DNA of 63,136 nucleotides, filler included, from Pirum gemmata (lineage: Eukaryota), in assembly GCA_002812295.1 (NCBI GenBank). It is 18 parts of 18 records of this genome, joined end to end, with 100 filler letters (N's around TTAATTAATTAA, not from the genome) between each part and the next. Parts side by side here need not be neighbours in the genome. Positions count along the whole stretch, not along the records: positions 34,518 to 37,622 come from PDIN01003451.1; positions 37,723 to 40,833 come from PDIN01003452.1; positions 40,934 to 44,066 come from PDIN01003453.1; positions 44,167 to 47,298 come from PDIN01003455.1; positions 47,399 to 50,498 come from PDIN01003456.1; 13 more parts are not named here. One strand, given 5' to 3'. The position numbers and the translations under genes are program-made. The notes under the pieces were generated by a model. That model ran no database searches, was not told the DNA's origin, and saw only the letters and a program-made list of their open reading frames with translations. Shown one piece after another: positions 37,589 to 49,085 of this stretch (position 1 is the first letter of the stretch; each line of letters starts with the position of its first letter).

Positions 37589-37590
<2 letters not shown>
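36660..37590. repeat. CTAG/TAG-rich low-complexity field with an embedded (CCCTAA)n tract (36798-36857)
   Basis: Dense (CTAG)n, TATCATA, TATGATA, TATCGATA, TATCTGATA, TACAGTA and short local duplications. Similar fields occur at ~10560-10680, 11630-11725, 14660-15120, 17400-17685, 19640-19810, 25960-26055, 26600-26710 and 43280-43460. Confidence 0.8.
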
Positions 37591-37622
<32 letters not shown>

Positions 37623-38959
37623 NNNNNNNNNNNNNNNNNNNNNNNNNNNNNNNNNNNNNNNNNNNNTTAATTAATTAANNNNNNNNNNNNNNNNNNNNNN
37701 NNNNNNNNNNNNNNNNNNNNNNAATAATAATAATAAAAATAAAAATAAAAATAAAAATAATAAACTTTGTTGCTTGATTTCACTTATAATATTTCTGCTG
37801 GCTTTCTTTTTCTGTTTTTCTATGATACTTATTGTTAATAAAAACAATTAACTCCAGTCGATTTTAAATGTACTTATCTATTCCATCAAAATAGTTTCTT
37901 TTTAAAAAGCAACTTGAGGTGATGTAAAATCCAAAGTATGACAAAAATCGAACTCACTGTTGATACTAATGATAATACTAATCGTTATAGTCAGTGTGGT
38001 TCAGTATTTGAGTAAAAAAAAACCAAGTAGAAAACCAAGAATGAAAAGATTATAACTTACATCATGAGCAATATTTACGTGTATACATAAAGGTTAATAT
38101 GTATAACTTTTCAGAATACAGATAAAAAGGCGAGAAACAGAAACTATTTCAAAATAATAATACTATATTTTTTAAAACAACTATTTTTTTATTTATTTAT
38201 GTAGTTTTCTGTTAGTTTTCGCACATCATTAGATTATTTTTATTTATTTATAGACTATTATTGTATTAGGCTACTTTCTGTGGGAACCTGTTAGGGAACT
38301 TAGGGTTAGAGCCTGTTGCTCGGAGCCTGTTGTGGTTAGAGCCTAGCTAGCTAGCTAGCTAGCTAGCTAGCTAGAAGAAATCGTGCTTTTATACAATAAA
38401 AAGTACCAAATTAATACAATAAAATCCATTTCATTTAATTTGGTATATTTTATTATATATTTATTCAATTAAAAATGACAATTTAAATATTATAACCAAC
38501 CAAATAAATATTCTGAGTGACAATATAAATGAAAAGCACAATAGACCAACCGGAGTCTAGCTAGTCTAGACCCCGGGGTCTAGACTCTACAGTCGATATT
38601 ATTAAAGTATATTAGAAATATAAAAAAAAAAATTTTTTTATTAATTTAATTAGTGTACTATTATTAAAGTATATTAGAAATATATAAAAAAAAATTTTTT
38701 TATTAATTTAATTAGTGTACTCAATTATGAGTACATATATTTTATAAAGTTCTGAAGAAAATAAATTAAAAATCAAGCAACTAATTAATGAATATTACAG
38801 AAACTTAAACTTTATTAATGAGAAGAAACGTAATATCAAACGATTGGCTGAACTTAATAATTTTGACGTGGATTTTAATATATATATTTTTGAGACTTTG
38901 GTTTGGCCCAGTATTGTTGTTGTTGGTTGAGTTGGCTAGTTGAGTTGGGGTTTTTTTTT

Positions 38960-40610
38960 GTTCTGTCAGAATCTGTCCTTCGAAGAGAGAATTTTGAAGG
39001 TTTAGCTTTGTATCTTACCAAGTCTGGGCCTGGTCTAGAGCTAATAGTCAAGGGCATCAGTTGCTCTAATATCATTGCATATTTCCGCTTTCTGAAGGCT
39101 CGACATCAAAGTCTCCATTCTTCGCTTTCTTTCGAAAAGCATACTTCGAATATTCTTCAATAGCAGCGCCCACGTTATTAGTAGGTACAAAGTTAATTTT
39201 TATATAACTTTGCTAAGATCTGCAGCTGGGATACCAATTATTACATCTGCATTGCCAACCAATTCCTTCATAAAAAATAGGGTTACTTTACTATAGTACT
39301 AACACCACTAACTGTAAGTGTTAGCATAGGGGTTCCAAGGGATGTAATATCTGATCCATAGCTTCGAAACAGAAAAGTAGAGGGATTATGATCAATTTCA
39401 GTTTTAATGTCTCTTGTAGCTTTGACAGTGATAAAACTAGCAGTTAAAAGGCGCCAGTACCTAACAAGCTGCTAACATCGCGGTGAGTTTTTATGTACTT
39501 TTATCTTCCTTGACACCACTGTCCAATTTTAGGTTTACTAACGATAACCCCAAGATTGGTTTTGCTTGGGCAGTCAGTAGCATAGTGACCAAGTTCGTTA
39601 TAGGAGTGACATTTTTAATTTTACTTATATCAGGAGCAGAGCCTTTACGGTTTACCAGAGCCAAAAGGGCCAGAGCCAGAATCAGAGCCATAGCCATAGT
39701 CATAGCCAGAGTCAGGTCCAAATCCAAATCCAGTGACAGATTCAGATCCAGAGACAGGCCAGATCCGGAGTGAGAATCACTTGNNNNNNNNNNNNNNNNN
39801 NNNNNNNNNNNNNNNNNNNNNNNNNNNNNNNNNNNNNNNNNNNNNNNNNNNNNNNNNNNNNNNNNNNNGTTGAGCCGCCAGGAAAACGAGCATTTGGGTT
39901 TTTTCTTCTTCTTGTCCCAGTTTTCATAAGTTCGAATGTGCTTCGCTAGCTCCAGGCTCAATTTTTCCAAGATGACTACCGTTAGCCAGAAAATTAGCAT
40001 TGAGCAGCTTGCACTGCTTCGTCAACCTCAGCAAACATTTTGCTGTTTACAATTACAAAGTAGCGACCAACATGGTCATATCATCAGTGTCAATCCTATC
40101 ATAAACCAAACACATTTTTGTCCGTAAATGCACGCCTTTAATGATTGCTTTGGATTTTAGTTGAGGTCGATCAAGTCGTTAGCTATGCGAGGAAAAGATC
40201 CTTGCGGTCCTTCATATTCCTGCAGGAGAGCCTTCATGGTGTCCGACTATGTCTGTTTGTCTTAACAAATCTCCACGCGATTTCTTGATACTTAAGAGCG
40301 TGGAGAAAGACTTTTATTTTGTCCCGGTCGTTGATGTTTGCAGATGCTAAAGAAAGCCTGCGCTATAGTTTGTAAGTTATCCCGCAGTCTATTAGCCTTT
40401 ACTAGATAGGAAGATATGATGTCTTTTGATCTGTTAATTTAAGTATAGGTGTCGTTTTAATTGGGGATTTTGTTAAGTTCAGAGTTGTCGGTTGCCAATC
40501 TGTTGATATTGTTTTGTAATCAATAAGACTTCAAATTTTTTCTAGGCTTCTGTTTTCATCATTAGTATTTAGAGGACTGTCTGATCTGTAAGTGAACGAA
40601 TAAGTGATTT
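38960..40610 (-). mobile_element. Decayed LTR retrotransposon (gag-protease region, Gypsy-like)
   Basis: Gag-like helical remnants with stops, KKKKPKCSF.. (broken zinc knuckle), DVSSLLGTGA (degenerate LDTGA), ADVIIG, and a pre-RT-like PLTI...YKAKPSKFS. Confidence 0.55.
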
Positions 40611-42142
40611 ATAGGTTTGGTGATGGGGGTTAGGATATGTATGTATGTATGTATGTATGTATGACTTATATATGTATATATATAGACACTTAATCCAATA
40701 AAAGTGACAAAATGAGTGAATACTTGCACTTTTGTATTCAGTTACTATATTAATAATAATAACAATAATAATAATAACAATAATAGTAATAATAAATAAT
40801 AATAATAATAATAATCGTAATAATAAATAATACNNNNNNNNNNNNNNNNNNNNNNNNNNNNNNNNNNNNNNNNNNNNTTAATTAATTAANNNNNNNNNNN
40901 NNNNNNNNNNNNNNNNNNNNNNNNNNNNNNNNNTTTTTTTTTTTTTTTTTTGATTTTTTGAAAATTTCAAGCCTAAAATTTTGAAAAATTTCAGGCTTGA
41001 AATTTTCAAAAAAAAGGTTACCGAAAAGGGTATAAGTGAATGTTATGATTTTTGGCATATGCTTTTTTTCCGCTATGAGTTTTGGGCTTTGAGTTAAGTT
41101 TTAACTTTATGGTTTAATTTTGAAATAAGCATTAATTCTACGTGGTGTTCGTGACTGTGAAATTAATATTCATATAAGTCGTGTTGTTGTAAATGCGTAT
41201 TGTGTTTCGGTCTTGTTTTTTTTAAAAAATTTAAAATATTGACAACAAAAAATAAATAGACATTTCTTCTTGGTACCAGTATTCCTTTTTCTCAATATTT
41301 TTTTCTTTGTTAAATTTGTCGTTCTCAAATCTCAAGTTCAAGTCTTGACCATTTTTTATTTAAACTTTCAATTTTGTTTCTTTTCTTTTTGTGCTATAAT
41401 CATATATAGCACGATAATTATAGTAGATTATTGTACAAATTTAACACATTATTGATTTATTTTTAAAGTTCCATGATTAATTATACTTAAGTTAATATTT
41501 ATATTATTCTTTTTAATTGTAATTTATAATAAATACGTATACAGTTTTATAACTCTAACCCACCAGCTGGCAATATTAATACTGGGATATAATATATATG
41601 GAACCAGATTTGGGTCTTTCGGAATATATATATATCACAATGATAATATTAATAATAATTTTTCATGATATTATAATTAATATTGTTATTAATATTAATC
41701 GTGTAGACATCAAGTCATCCAATATTATAATTAAATTGCACACACGCACGCACTCCTTATTTTTGGCCACGTTTCTTTTGGTCTAAATGATATTTTAAGT
41801 CCATCGATCGGATTATGTATACGTATTGGAAAATTCCAATTATTTCTCTTTGAAACAATTTGGTTCTAACTCGGTTCCATATTTCGCTTAATGTTAATAA
41901 TATTGTTCTATTGTCTTTATTATTATTATTATTAATATTATTATATTATTATATTATTGTTGTTGTTTTTATAATGAGTTTTATTGTTATTTTTATTGCC
42001 ATTATTGGCGTCATTATTGTGGGTATCAAGAAATGTTTTTAATAAACATGGGTTTACAATAATTTGTGAAACATTTTCGATTCATTTTGTATGTCACCGA
42101 TCTGCTTGTATAGCGATCTCGTTATATAACCCTAGCCCTAAC

Positions 42143-42185
<43 letters not shown>

Positions 42186-42439
42186 CACTACTACTACCAG
42201 CACCAGCACCAACACTACTACTACTACTACTACCACTACTCAATAATAGTGATAATGATAACAATAACAATTTTTAGTATTATTATTATTTGTTACTCTG
42301 CTAGGTGTAGGCTTGGTCAGGGCTACGGGGTGTCCCCTGGAAATGGCTGGGTCTAGCACCCTTTCAATTTGTTGTGCTCAGTCCATTAGTTATTGAAAGG
42401 TGGTAATGATGAATCATTGTTCGAAGTTGCCCCCCCCCT

Positions 42440-43170
42440 TTTTTTTTTTTTTTTTTTTGGGGTTTTTTTAATGTTTTTTTTTTTTATTTTTTTTTTTATT
42501 TTTTTTTTTTTTTTTTTTTAGGGTTTTATTAAAGTTTTATTGCTGCAATTTTTTCTTTAGTATATTTCTTTTCTTTCATTTTAGTAGTTCGTTCATGATG
42601 CCTATTAATTTTGTTGGTGATTGACTATTGTTTTTATCATAAGGGCGGCTTTCTTTCCTATTGCGACTACTACCATTGTTGTGATAGGCATGTAGTAGTT
42701 CGGTTATTGGGGAGTTGTGAGTTGTTACTTGGTTTAGATATTTGTGTACTATAGCTAATTCTGATGATCTGTCTTCAATCGAAGGTAGAGCTGTTAGATT
42801 TTGTAATGTTGTAATTTTGATGTGGTCTGCTTGGCGTATATTAGTGATTAGTCGCATTGCTTTGTTTTGTATTATTTCAAGTTGTTTCCTTCCATTTGGT
42901 GTCATCATTAAGATGGCTATTGCTGAGTAATCGGTAATTGAGCGCATTAGAGATTTATATGTTCGTAGTAGTGTTATCAGATTAGCATCCTAGTTTGTAC
43001 CTTTCAGTTAACTCTAAATAGGAAGCGAAGCTTGTTGTTTAGTTTGGCTGTGATTTTCGATAGGTGGTATTGGTAATTAAGATCTTTGTCTAGCTAGGTA
43101 CCGGTAATATCCTAGAGTAGTTTTGGGTTGGTTGTTGCTGTCACTGGTTTGCCTTCATCCTTCATAGTGT
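42440..43170 (-). mobile_element. Non-LTR retrotransposon (LINE) RT C-terminal fragment with a downstream poly(A)-like tract
   Basis: LDKDLNYQYHL ... YKSLMRSITDYS ... LEIIQNKAMRLIT ... LPSIEDR. The T-runs at 42439-42519 read as poly(A) on the coding strand. Confidence 0.8.
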
Positions 43171-44207
43171 AGTTCAAGCTAATAATGACAACGTTATCAA
43201 TACACTGTTACACATAATATTAAACCAGGGAAAAAAAAAAAGTGAAAAAAAAAAAGTTATGCACTCTTTTTTTGCTGGTAGACTGCTGGAGGCAGCCTCT
43301 CTAGCTAGCTAGCTAGCTACTAGAGAATACCCAGTAAGCCTCTACACACCTCTACTTTACCGGGATAGAACTCTATCATAATATAATATATTATTCTATC
43401 ATACTACTATCATATTATTAGAGCTATCTGATACTAGCTAGCTACCTATGATAATATTGTGATCTAACCTATGGAATATAGAACAAAATGAATGGGAGAA
43501 GATAATTAAAAATAGAAGAACCAGTACAAAAAGAATACCGAAAATACTAAAAAGTCACATAGGATACTAACCCAAAGAAAACCAACAAGACAGTGCACGT
43601 TGAAAACCCAACCTTTTCAATGTCAATATCGTTCCAAAGAATTTCCACCAGAAGTTACACTATTATTCTTTGAACATATACAAACCTACCGGTATATTGA
43701 ATAAGACTAGACTAAAATGGATAACCTACATCAAAAAAATATTACATATTTTAACCCGAATAAAGATAATAACTCCAACAATATCCACAACAACGACTAC
43801 AACTCTATAATCCTAGGAACAAAGTTTAAAAACAAATATTTCTACAACAAAAGAATAATACAATTACTCATCATAGACGATTATGGTCTTATTATGAAAA
43901 ATACAACAAATCACAACCAACTGACAATCAACTCATTCACTTATACCAAAGTATTATGAAACAAATCAACAAAATACAACTTTAATTTAACTATATAACT
44001 ATAACCTACTGCTCCTCCTTTTTTTATAAAGGAAAACAGAAACTTTTTCTCTCTTTATTATGAATCNNNNNNNNNNNNNNNNNNNNNNNNNNNNNNNNNN
44101 NNNNNNNNNNTTAATTAATTAANNNNNNNNNNNNNNNNNNNNNNNNNNNNNNNNNNNNNNNNNNNNGTAATATTAATTTATATTTAAATTTATATAATAT
44201 AAAATAA

Positions 44208-44247
<40 letters not shown>

Positions 44248-44442
44248 TAATAATAATGAATATCATTATAATATTAATAATTAATATTATTTCTTAATTA
44301 ATAAAAGGTACTTATTTCTGAAAAACAAATTTAATTTTTTATTTTTTAAACATTCAATTAAAAATCAATAATATTAATGTATATAATTATATTTTAAATT
44401 TACATATAATATTAAAAAACCAACATATTACGTAAACAAAAG

Positions 44443-47112
44443 TTAATGGATAGCAGGAACTAACAACCATTTTTTGTTAGTTGTTTTTCCTGAACATTTG
44501 TCTAGGGCCACATCACCATTTGTGTCTATTGAAACACATTTGTCATTACTTTCATTTTGCAACTTATCTGCTGATGTAAAAGACCATTTTTGAACAGGAA
44601 CATCGTCACATGCAACGAATTTCAATTCATCATTTAAACATTTTGTTGTAACACGTCTTGTAAATTCAAGTTTACCATTCTTGTATTGCCAAGCATTAGT
44701 GTGGATGGAACCACATTTATGTTGAACTGCTTTGTCCTTGATAAAGCCCAAACACTTATCTTGATCATTCTTGAACCTGATTTCGAAAAACTCAGATCCA
44801 CAGGTCTTCATTTGACCAACTGAACCAAAATTTGTTCCGTCTACAACTATTTCCAAAAATGAGTTGGGTTTGACTTCATTGACACTAGGAATAGAACATG
44901 AAACTGATGATTTGGCTTGAACACTATCAAATAGTTTGGATCCAATTTTACATTGTACTTTAGCCGTATCCCTAAGACCAATGACTTCCGTGACAACGGC
45001 CTCGCCTTCGTTCAAGCAATCCTTATTTAGTTCTTTCTTATCACCTTGCACTGTTACAGAGCCTAATACTTGTTTAGTTTTATGGCCTCCACAATCACTG
45101 TTAACATAACCAGTATTACATTTACATCCGTGGTGAGTTGGGTGACCTCCAACTGGATAATGACACGAGGTGTCCCCATTCTTCTTGGCAAAAGCTTTGA
45201 AATCTGCAGCATTTGGATTTTTAACACAAGTATTAACAAGTTTACTGGTATAGAATACTAAAGCACTTGTATCACCAAATTTCAAATCATCATTACAATC
45301 TTTTACGAAATTAGAGAGCTGTGAATCTGTCATGCATCCGCCCAAGGCTAATTTACCCCAAACTCCGGTCTTCAGAGATGAGCAGTCTTTTTTAGAAGAT
45401 GCGTATGGATGTTTCCCTTTTGGTGCAACTACGGTGTTAGTGTAAACTGTTTCGCCAAGTTTGACTGCTTTCAGAGTTTTACAGAAGTCCTTAAAGTCAT
45501 GTTTAACTTGACCTGCTTTACATTGCATAAAATCAACGTTTGCTGGATTGCTACTCTTAGATAATTGGGAGTCATATGGGAATGTAGTTGTAGGCCAAGT
45601 ACTTGGCCATGTTCCAGTAATATCATCACCTTTCTTTCCGTTCCAATTACCACATAAACCGCCAGCAAGTGAAGTTTTTAAACGTGTATTCATCATGTAT
45701 TCTCCATTAATACGGAATCCACCTTGATCAGGATTAGACCAACCAATATTCACAATCATTGTAGAACCTTCTGGGAAGGTGAAAGTGTATTCTGCCTCAT
45801 AATCACTATTAACATTACTTTTAATACAAATAGATTCTACCGGGGCATCGCCAATAGTTTCTACCTGTAATGTTTGTCTGGTAGTTAATGGGTTATCACT
45901 TGAAAATACAATAACTGTATCCTTGTATTGGATTGACATGTCATCAAACGTTGGTGCTGGTCCTGAATCAGCATCAGGCATTTGTCCATTTACATGTCCA
46001 GTAACCAAAAAGTCATCAGCTTTGAATACAACAACATAGGTATCAAGTTCGTTTTGCTTAGTGCCATACAAAAAGTCCTTTCTGTCGAATGTAGTCACAT
46101 GAGGATCACCAGAAGTATCACATGTTCCCACTTTATACTCCCAGTTAGCGGTTACACGGGCTTTACAATTACGGGTACCAGTTTTGTAGTGGAACTCAAT
46201 ACTTTCTTTTTTACCTTCGTCTTCAAGTGGTAAACCATACACTGTTGTTGTTTGTCCTTTAGAAACATCAAAGGAACAATTGGAAATCTGTACATATTTC
46301 GAGGTTGTTACATGTACATCTTTTAAACTATGACTAGAGGTAATATCAAAAGGAATCATACCGTTTGACATATCATAATTTTTCTCTCCCGAATGACCAT
46401 TGATTTTAAAATCAACATCGTCACAATCATCATCATCATCATCATCGTCATCATCATCATCATCATCATCATCACCTATGGTACCAGGTTTACAACATTG
46501 TTTTTGGCAGTCAGCATCATTTTTACAATCAACATCCTTTTGGTCATTTGATTTACCGGCAGGACAAGATCCTGTCCATGTTTTACAATTATCTGCGTCA
46601 TCATCTTCTTCGCAACATTGTAGTTTGCAGCTAGCATCATCTTCACAATTAACATCCTTTTGATTATTTGTTTTACCGGAAGGGCAAGTTCCCGTCCATG
46701 TTTTACAAGTATCATCATCGTCATCATCATCATCATCATCATCATCACCTATGGTACCAGGTTTACAACATTGTTTTTGACAGTCAGCATCATCATCACA
46801 CTCTATATCTTCCTTTTGACTATTTATTTTACCGGTAGGACAAGTTCCTGTCCATGTTTTACAAGTATCACAATCATCATCCGGTTTTTCGCAACATGCT
46901 GTAATACATTTTTCCCATCTACATCTTACATTATCACTGCCTTCGATTTTTTGTAAATTATGATCAGAACAAATGATACCAGAGTTACCACAAGTACCTA
47001 TTTTGCAAACCTTACTTCCTTTGGTTTTACTACTACTACGTTTAAATAAGGTGGGGGTTGCCGACGTAGTAGTGGCAGCTACAGCTACAACAGCTAATGC
47101 AGAGAATTTCAT
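44443..47112 (-). CDS. Secreted intronless multidomain protein: signal peptide, four 6-Cys modules with poly-Asp linkers, VWD, C8-like, EGF-like, Ig/IPT-like and ricin-B-like lectin domains
   Basis: Start MKFSALAVVAVAATTTSA at 47112. TCKTWTGTCP.GK...C...C.KQCC repeats; TCDTSGDPHVTTFD and GGLCGNWNGKKGDD (VWD); GCKCNTGYVNSDC; DKCL..C...NAW, KCL..C..QKWSF and KCV..C..KKW (QxW-type repeats). Confidence 0.92.
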   Translation of the reverse strand: MKFSALAVVAVAATTTSATPTLFKRSSSKTKGSKVCKIGTCGNSGIICSDHNLQKIEGSDNVRCRWEKCITACCEKPDDDCDTCKTWTGTCPTGKINSQKEDIECDDDADCQKQCCKPGTIGDDDDDDDDDDDDTCKTWTGTCPSGKTNNQKDVNCEDDASCKLQCCEEDDDADNCKTWTGSCPAGKSNDQKDVDCKNDADCQKQCCKPGTIGDDDDDDDDDDDDDDDDCDDVDFKINGHSGEKNYDMSNGMIPFDITSSHSLKDVHVTTSKYVQISNCSFDVSKGQTTTVYGLPLEDEGKKESIEFHYKTGTRNCKARVTANWEYKVGTCDTSGDPHVTTFDRKDFLYGTKQNELDTYVVVFKADDFLVTGHVNGQMPDADSGPAPTFDDMSIQYKDTVIVFSSDNPLTTRQTLQVETIGDAPVESICIKSNVNSDYEAEYTFTFPEGSTMIVNIGWSNPDQGGFRINGEYMMNTRLKTSLAGGLCGNWNGKKGDDITGTWPSTWPTTTFPYDSQLSKSSNPANVDFMQCKAGQVKHDFKDFCKTLKAVKLGETVYTNTVVAPKGKHPYASSKKDCSSLKTGVWGKLALGGCMTDSQLSNFVKDCNDDLKFGDTSALVFYTSKLVNTCVKNPNAADFKAFAKKNGDTSCHYPVGGHPTHHGCKCNTGYVNSDCGGHKTKQVLGSVTVQGDKKELNKDCLNEGEAVVTEVIGLRDTAKVQCKIGSKLFDSVQAKSSVSCSIPSVNEVKPNSFLEIVVDGTNFGSVGQMKTCGSEFFEIRFKNDQDKCLGFIKDKAVQHKCGSIHTNAWQYKNGKLEFTRRVTTKCLNDELKFVACDDVPVQKWSFTSADKLQNESNDKCVSIDTNGDVALDKCSGKTTNKKWLLVPAIH

Positions 47113-47714
47113 TATATACAAGTATTGAATTAAAGTTTTAATCAATAAGAATAATAATCAAAAAAATAAAATAAAAATATATAAAAGAAACAAAATAAAT
47201 ATAATATACAATATATATTATAAATATAATAATGATAATAATTTCTTTTTTTTTTTTTCTAATTTTTTGAATTTTTACATTATAAATATAAACTGAAGNN
47301 NNNNNNNNNNNNNNNNNNNNNNNNNNNNNNNNNNNNNNNNNNTTAATTAATTAANNNNNNNNNNNNNNNNNNNNNNNNNNNNNNNNNNNNNNNNNNNNCC
47401 CCAACCCTAACCCCAACCCTAACCCCAACCCCAACCCTAACTCTAACCCTAACCCTAACCCTAACCCTAACCCTAATCCTAATCCTAACCCTTAATATAA
47501 CCTTAACCCTAACACATTAAAACTTATTTATAAAAATTAATTATAGTTCTATTTTCATTAGTTTGCATGATTTTTTTGAGTTATTGTGTTTAAACAAACC
47601 ATATTATTATGTATAATATTATGATGTTTTTGGTTATTGAATTGAATCCCATTTTTCTAATTAATTTTTATGATTAAATTTTAATTTTTCTATTTTTTTT
47701 TTATTAATAAAAAA

Positions 47715-48616
47715 ATGTTTAAATTAGAGGAAAATGATGCTATCGATATTGGGCCTTTCCCTTTCACACTTACTCAAAGGGTTACAAAGATATCCGGATT
47801 ATCTAATGTTCGTTTAACTGCTTTTGAACCAGGTAAATTTTCAATATTTTTCATTATGGTTATAATTAGCTAGCTATAGGGTTGGGATTAGGGTTAGGGT
47901 GGGTTAGGGTAATAACAATAACTTTATATTATTTAATTATTTTATTAATGAATGTTAGAATGTATATTATATTAATATCAACATTATTTTTTCTATTAGG
48001 AAAAATCAGTGAATCAGTTATTGAATATTGCGAAGCAACAGGTGGACCTATAACACTGCATGTTGAATTGCACCGACATGGACATCCAACACCAAAAGCT
48101 GAAGTTATTATTCATATGAGCAGTTTCACCGCAAAAATGAAACACTTACCAGTAACCGTAGATTTTTCTCTTGCAAAAGCTAAGATTAATGTTGGGCTAA
48201 TTACCAACCAACATATTAACATTGAGTTTGGGGATTTATCTGCCGAAAGTGGTGGTGATACTTTCATTGATAAACTCGTAAGTTCAGGAATGAATAACAT
48301 CCTTGACAAAATAAAGTTTGTGGTAAAAGATATGTCTTTAAGACAAATGAATAAAATTGCGAAAGAGGATTTTCCGAAAACCATAGGAATTACTGTTACT
48401 GCAGCAGATGTAAAAGCTGCTAAAAAAGGTTTAGTGAAAGGAGCCATTACTACTGGGCTTGTATTGGGTGGTACTTATATAGTTAAACAAATTGGAAAAA
48501 AAGTTTTCAGATATTTTTTCCCCAGTCCACAAGTAAAAAAAGTTGAAAACCGTACTATTGATACAGTTGCATCGGAGGTTGTTGCTGTTGTTAATGATAC
48601 TACTCCTGAAAATTAA
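47715..48616 (+). CDS. Two-exon hypothetical protein, possibly a TULIP/BPI-like lipid-binding fold with a C-terminal hydrophobic segment
   Basis: Exon 47715-47832 (MFKLEENDAIDIGPF...ISGLSNVRLTAFEP), intron GTAAAT...TTAG (47833-47999), exon 48000-48616 in frame. A beta-rich region is followed by the long helix FIDKLVSSGMNNILDKIKFVVKDMSLRQMNKIAKE, then GAITTGLVLGGTYIV. The true start may be further upstream. Confidence 0.7.
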
Positions 48617-49085
48617 AGTTCACAATTTTAATAATTATGGTGTTGTTGATGAGTATTGATGATAAATTTAATATTACCGAAAATTAAATAAATCGACATC
48701 TTTTTTTAAAACTATTTTATCGCTTTTGTTATTTTATTATATGAGAATTTTCATTCAAATTACATACCCTTATTATAATATATTTATGTAATATATAATT
48801 GCTCTTTATGCCGTTATCGTTATTATTATTATTTTTGTACACAATTATTTTTCTCGAATTTAAATTTTTTTTTTTAAAAAAAAATTTTATTCATTACAAA
48901 TTGCAACTTAATTAATGTCATAATATATATATAGACGTTAATTGGATTATTTACATATATAAGAGACTGATGCAAACAACTGCAAACATTAAAAAATGAA
49001 ATAATAACAATTTTTTCATTTTCTTTTTAAAAAAAAAACGTAAACTGTTTTAATAATAAAACACGTAAAAAATAATACATTACTT

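Noticed and set aside
47882..47999. Hydrophobic N-terminus of the 244-aa ORF read as a signal or transmembrane segment
   Set aside because: It lies inside the predicted intron 47833-47999, which consists of telomere-like and AT-rich sequence.
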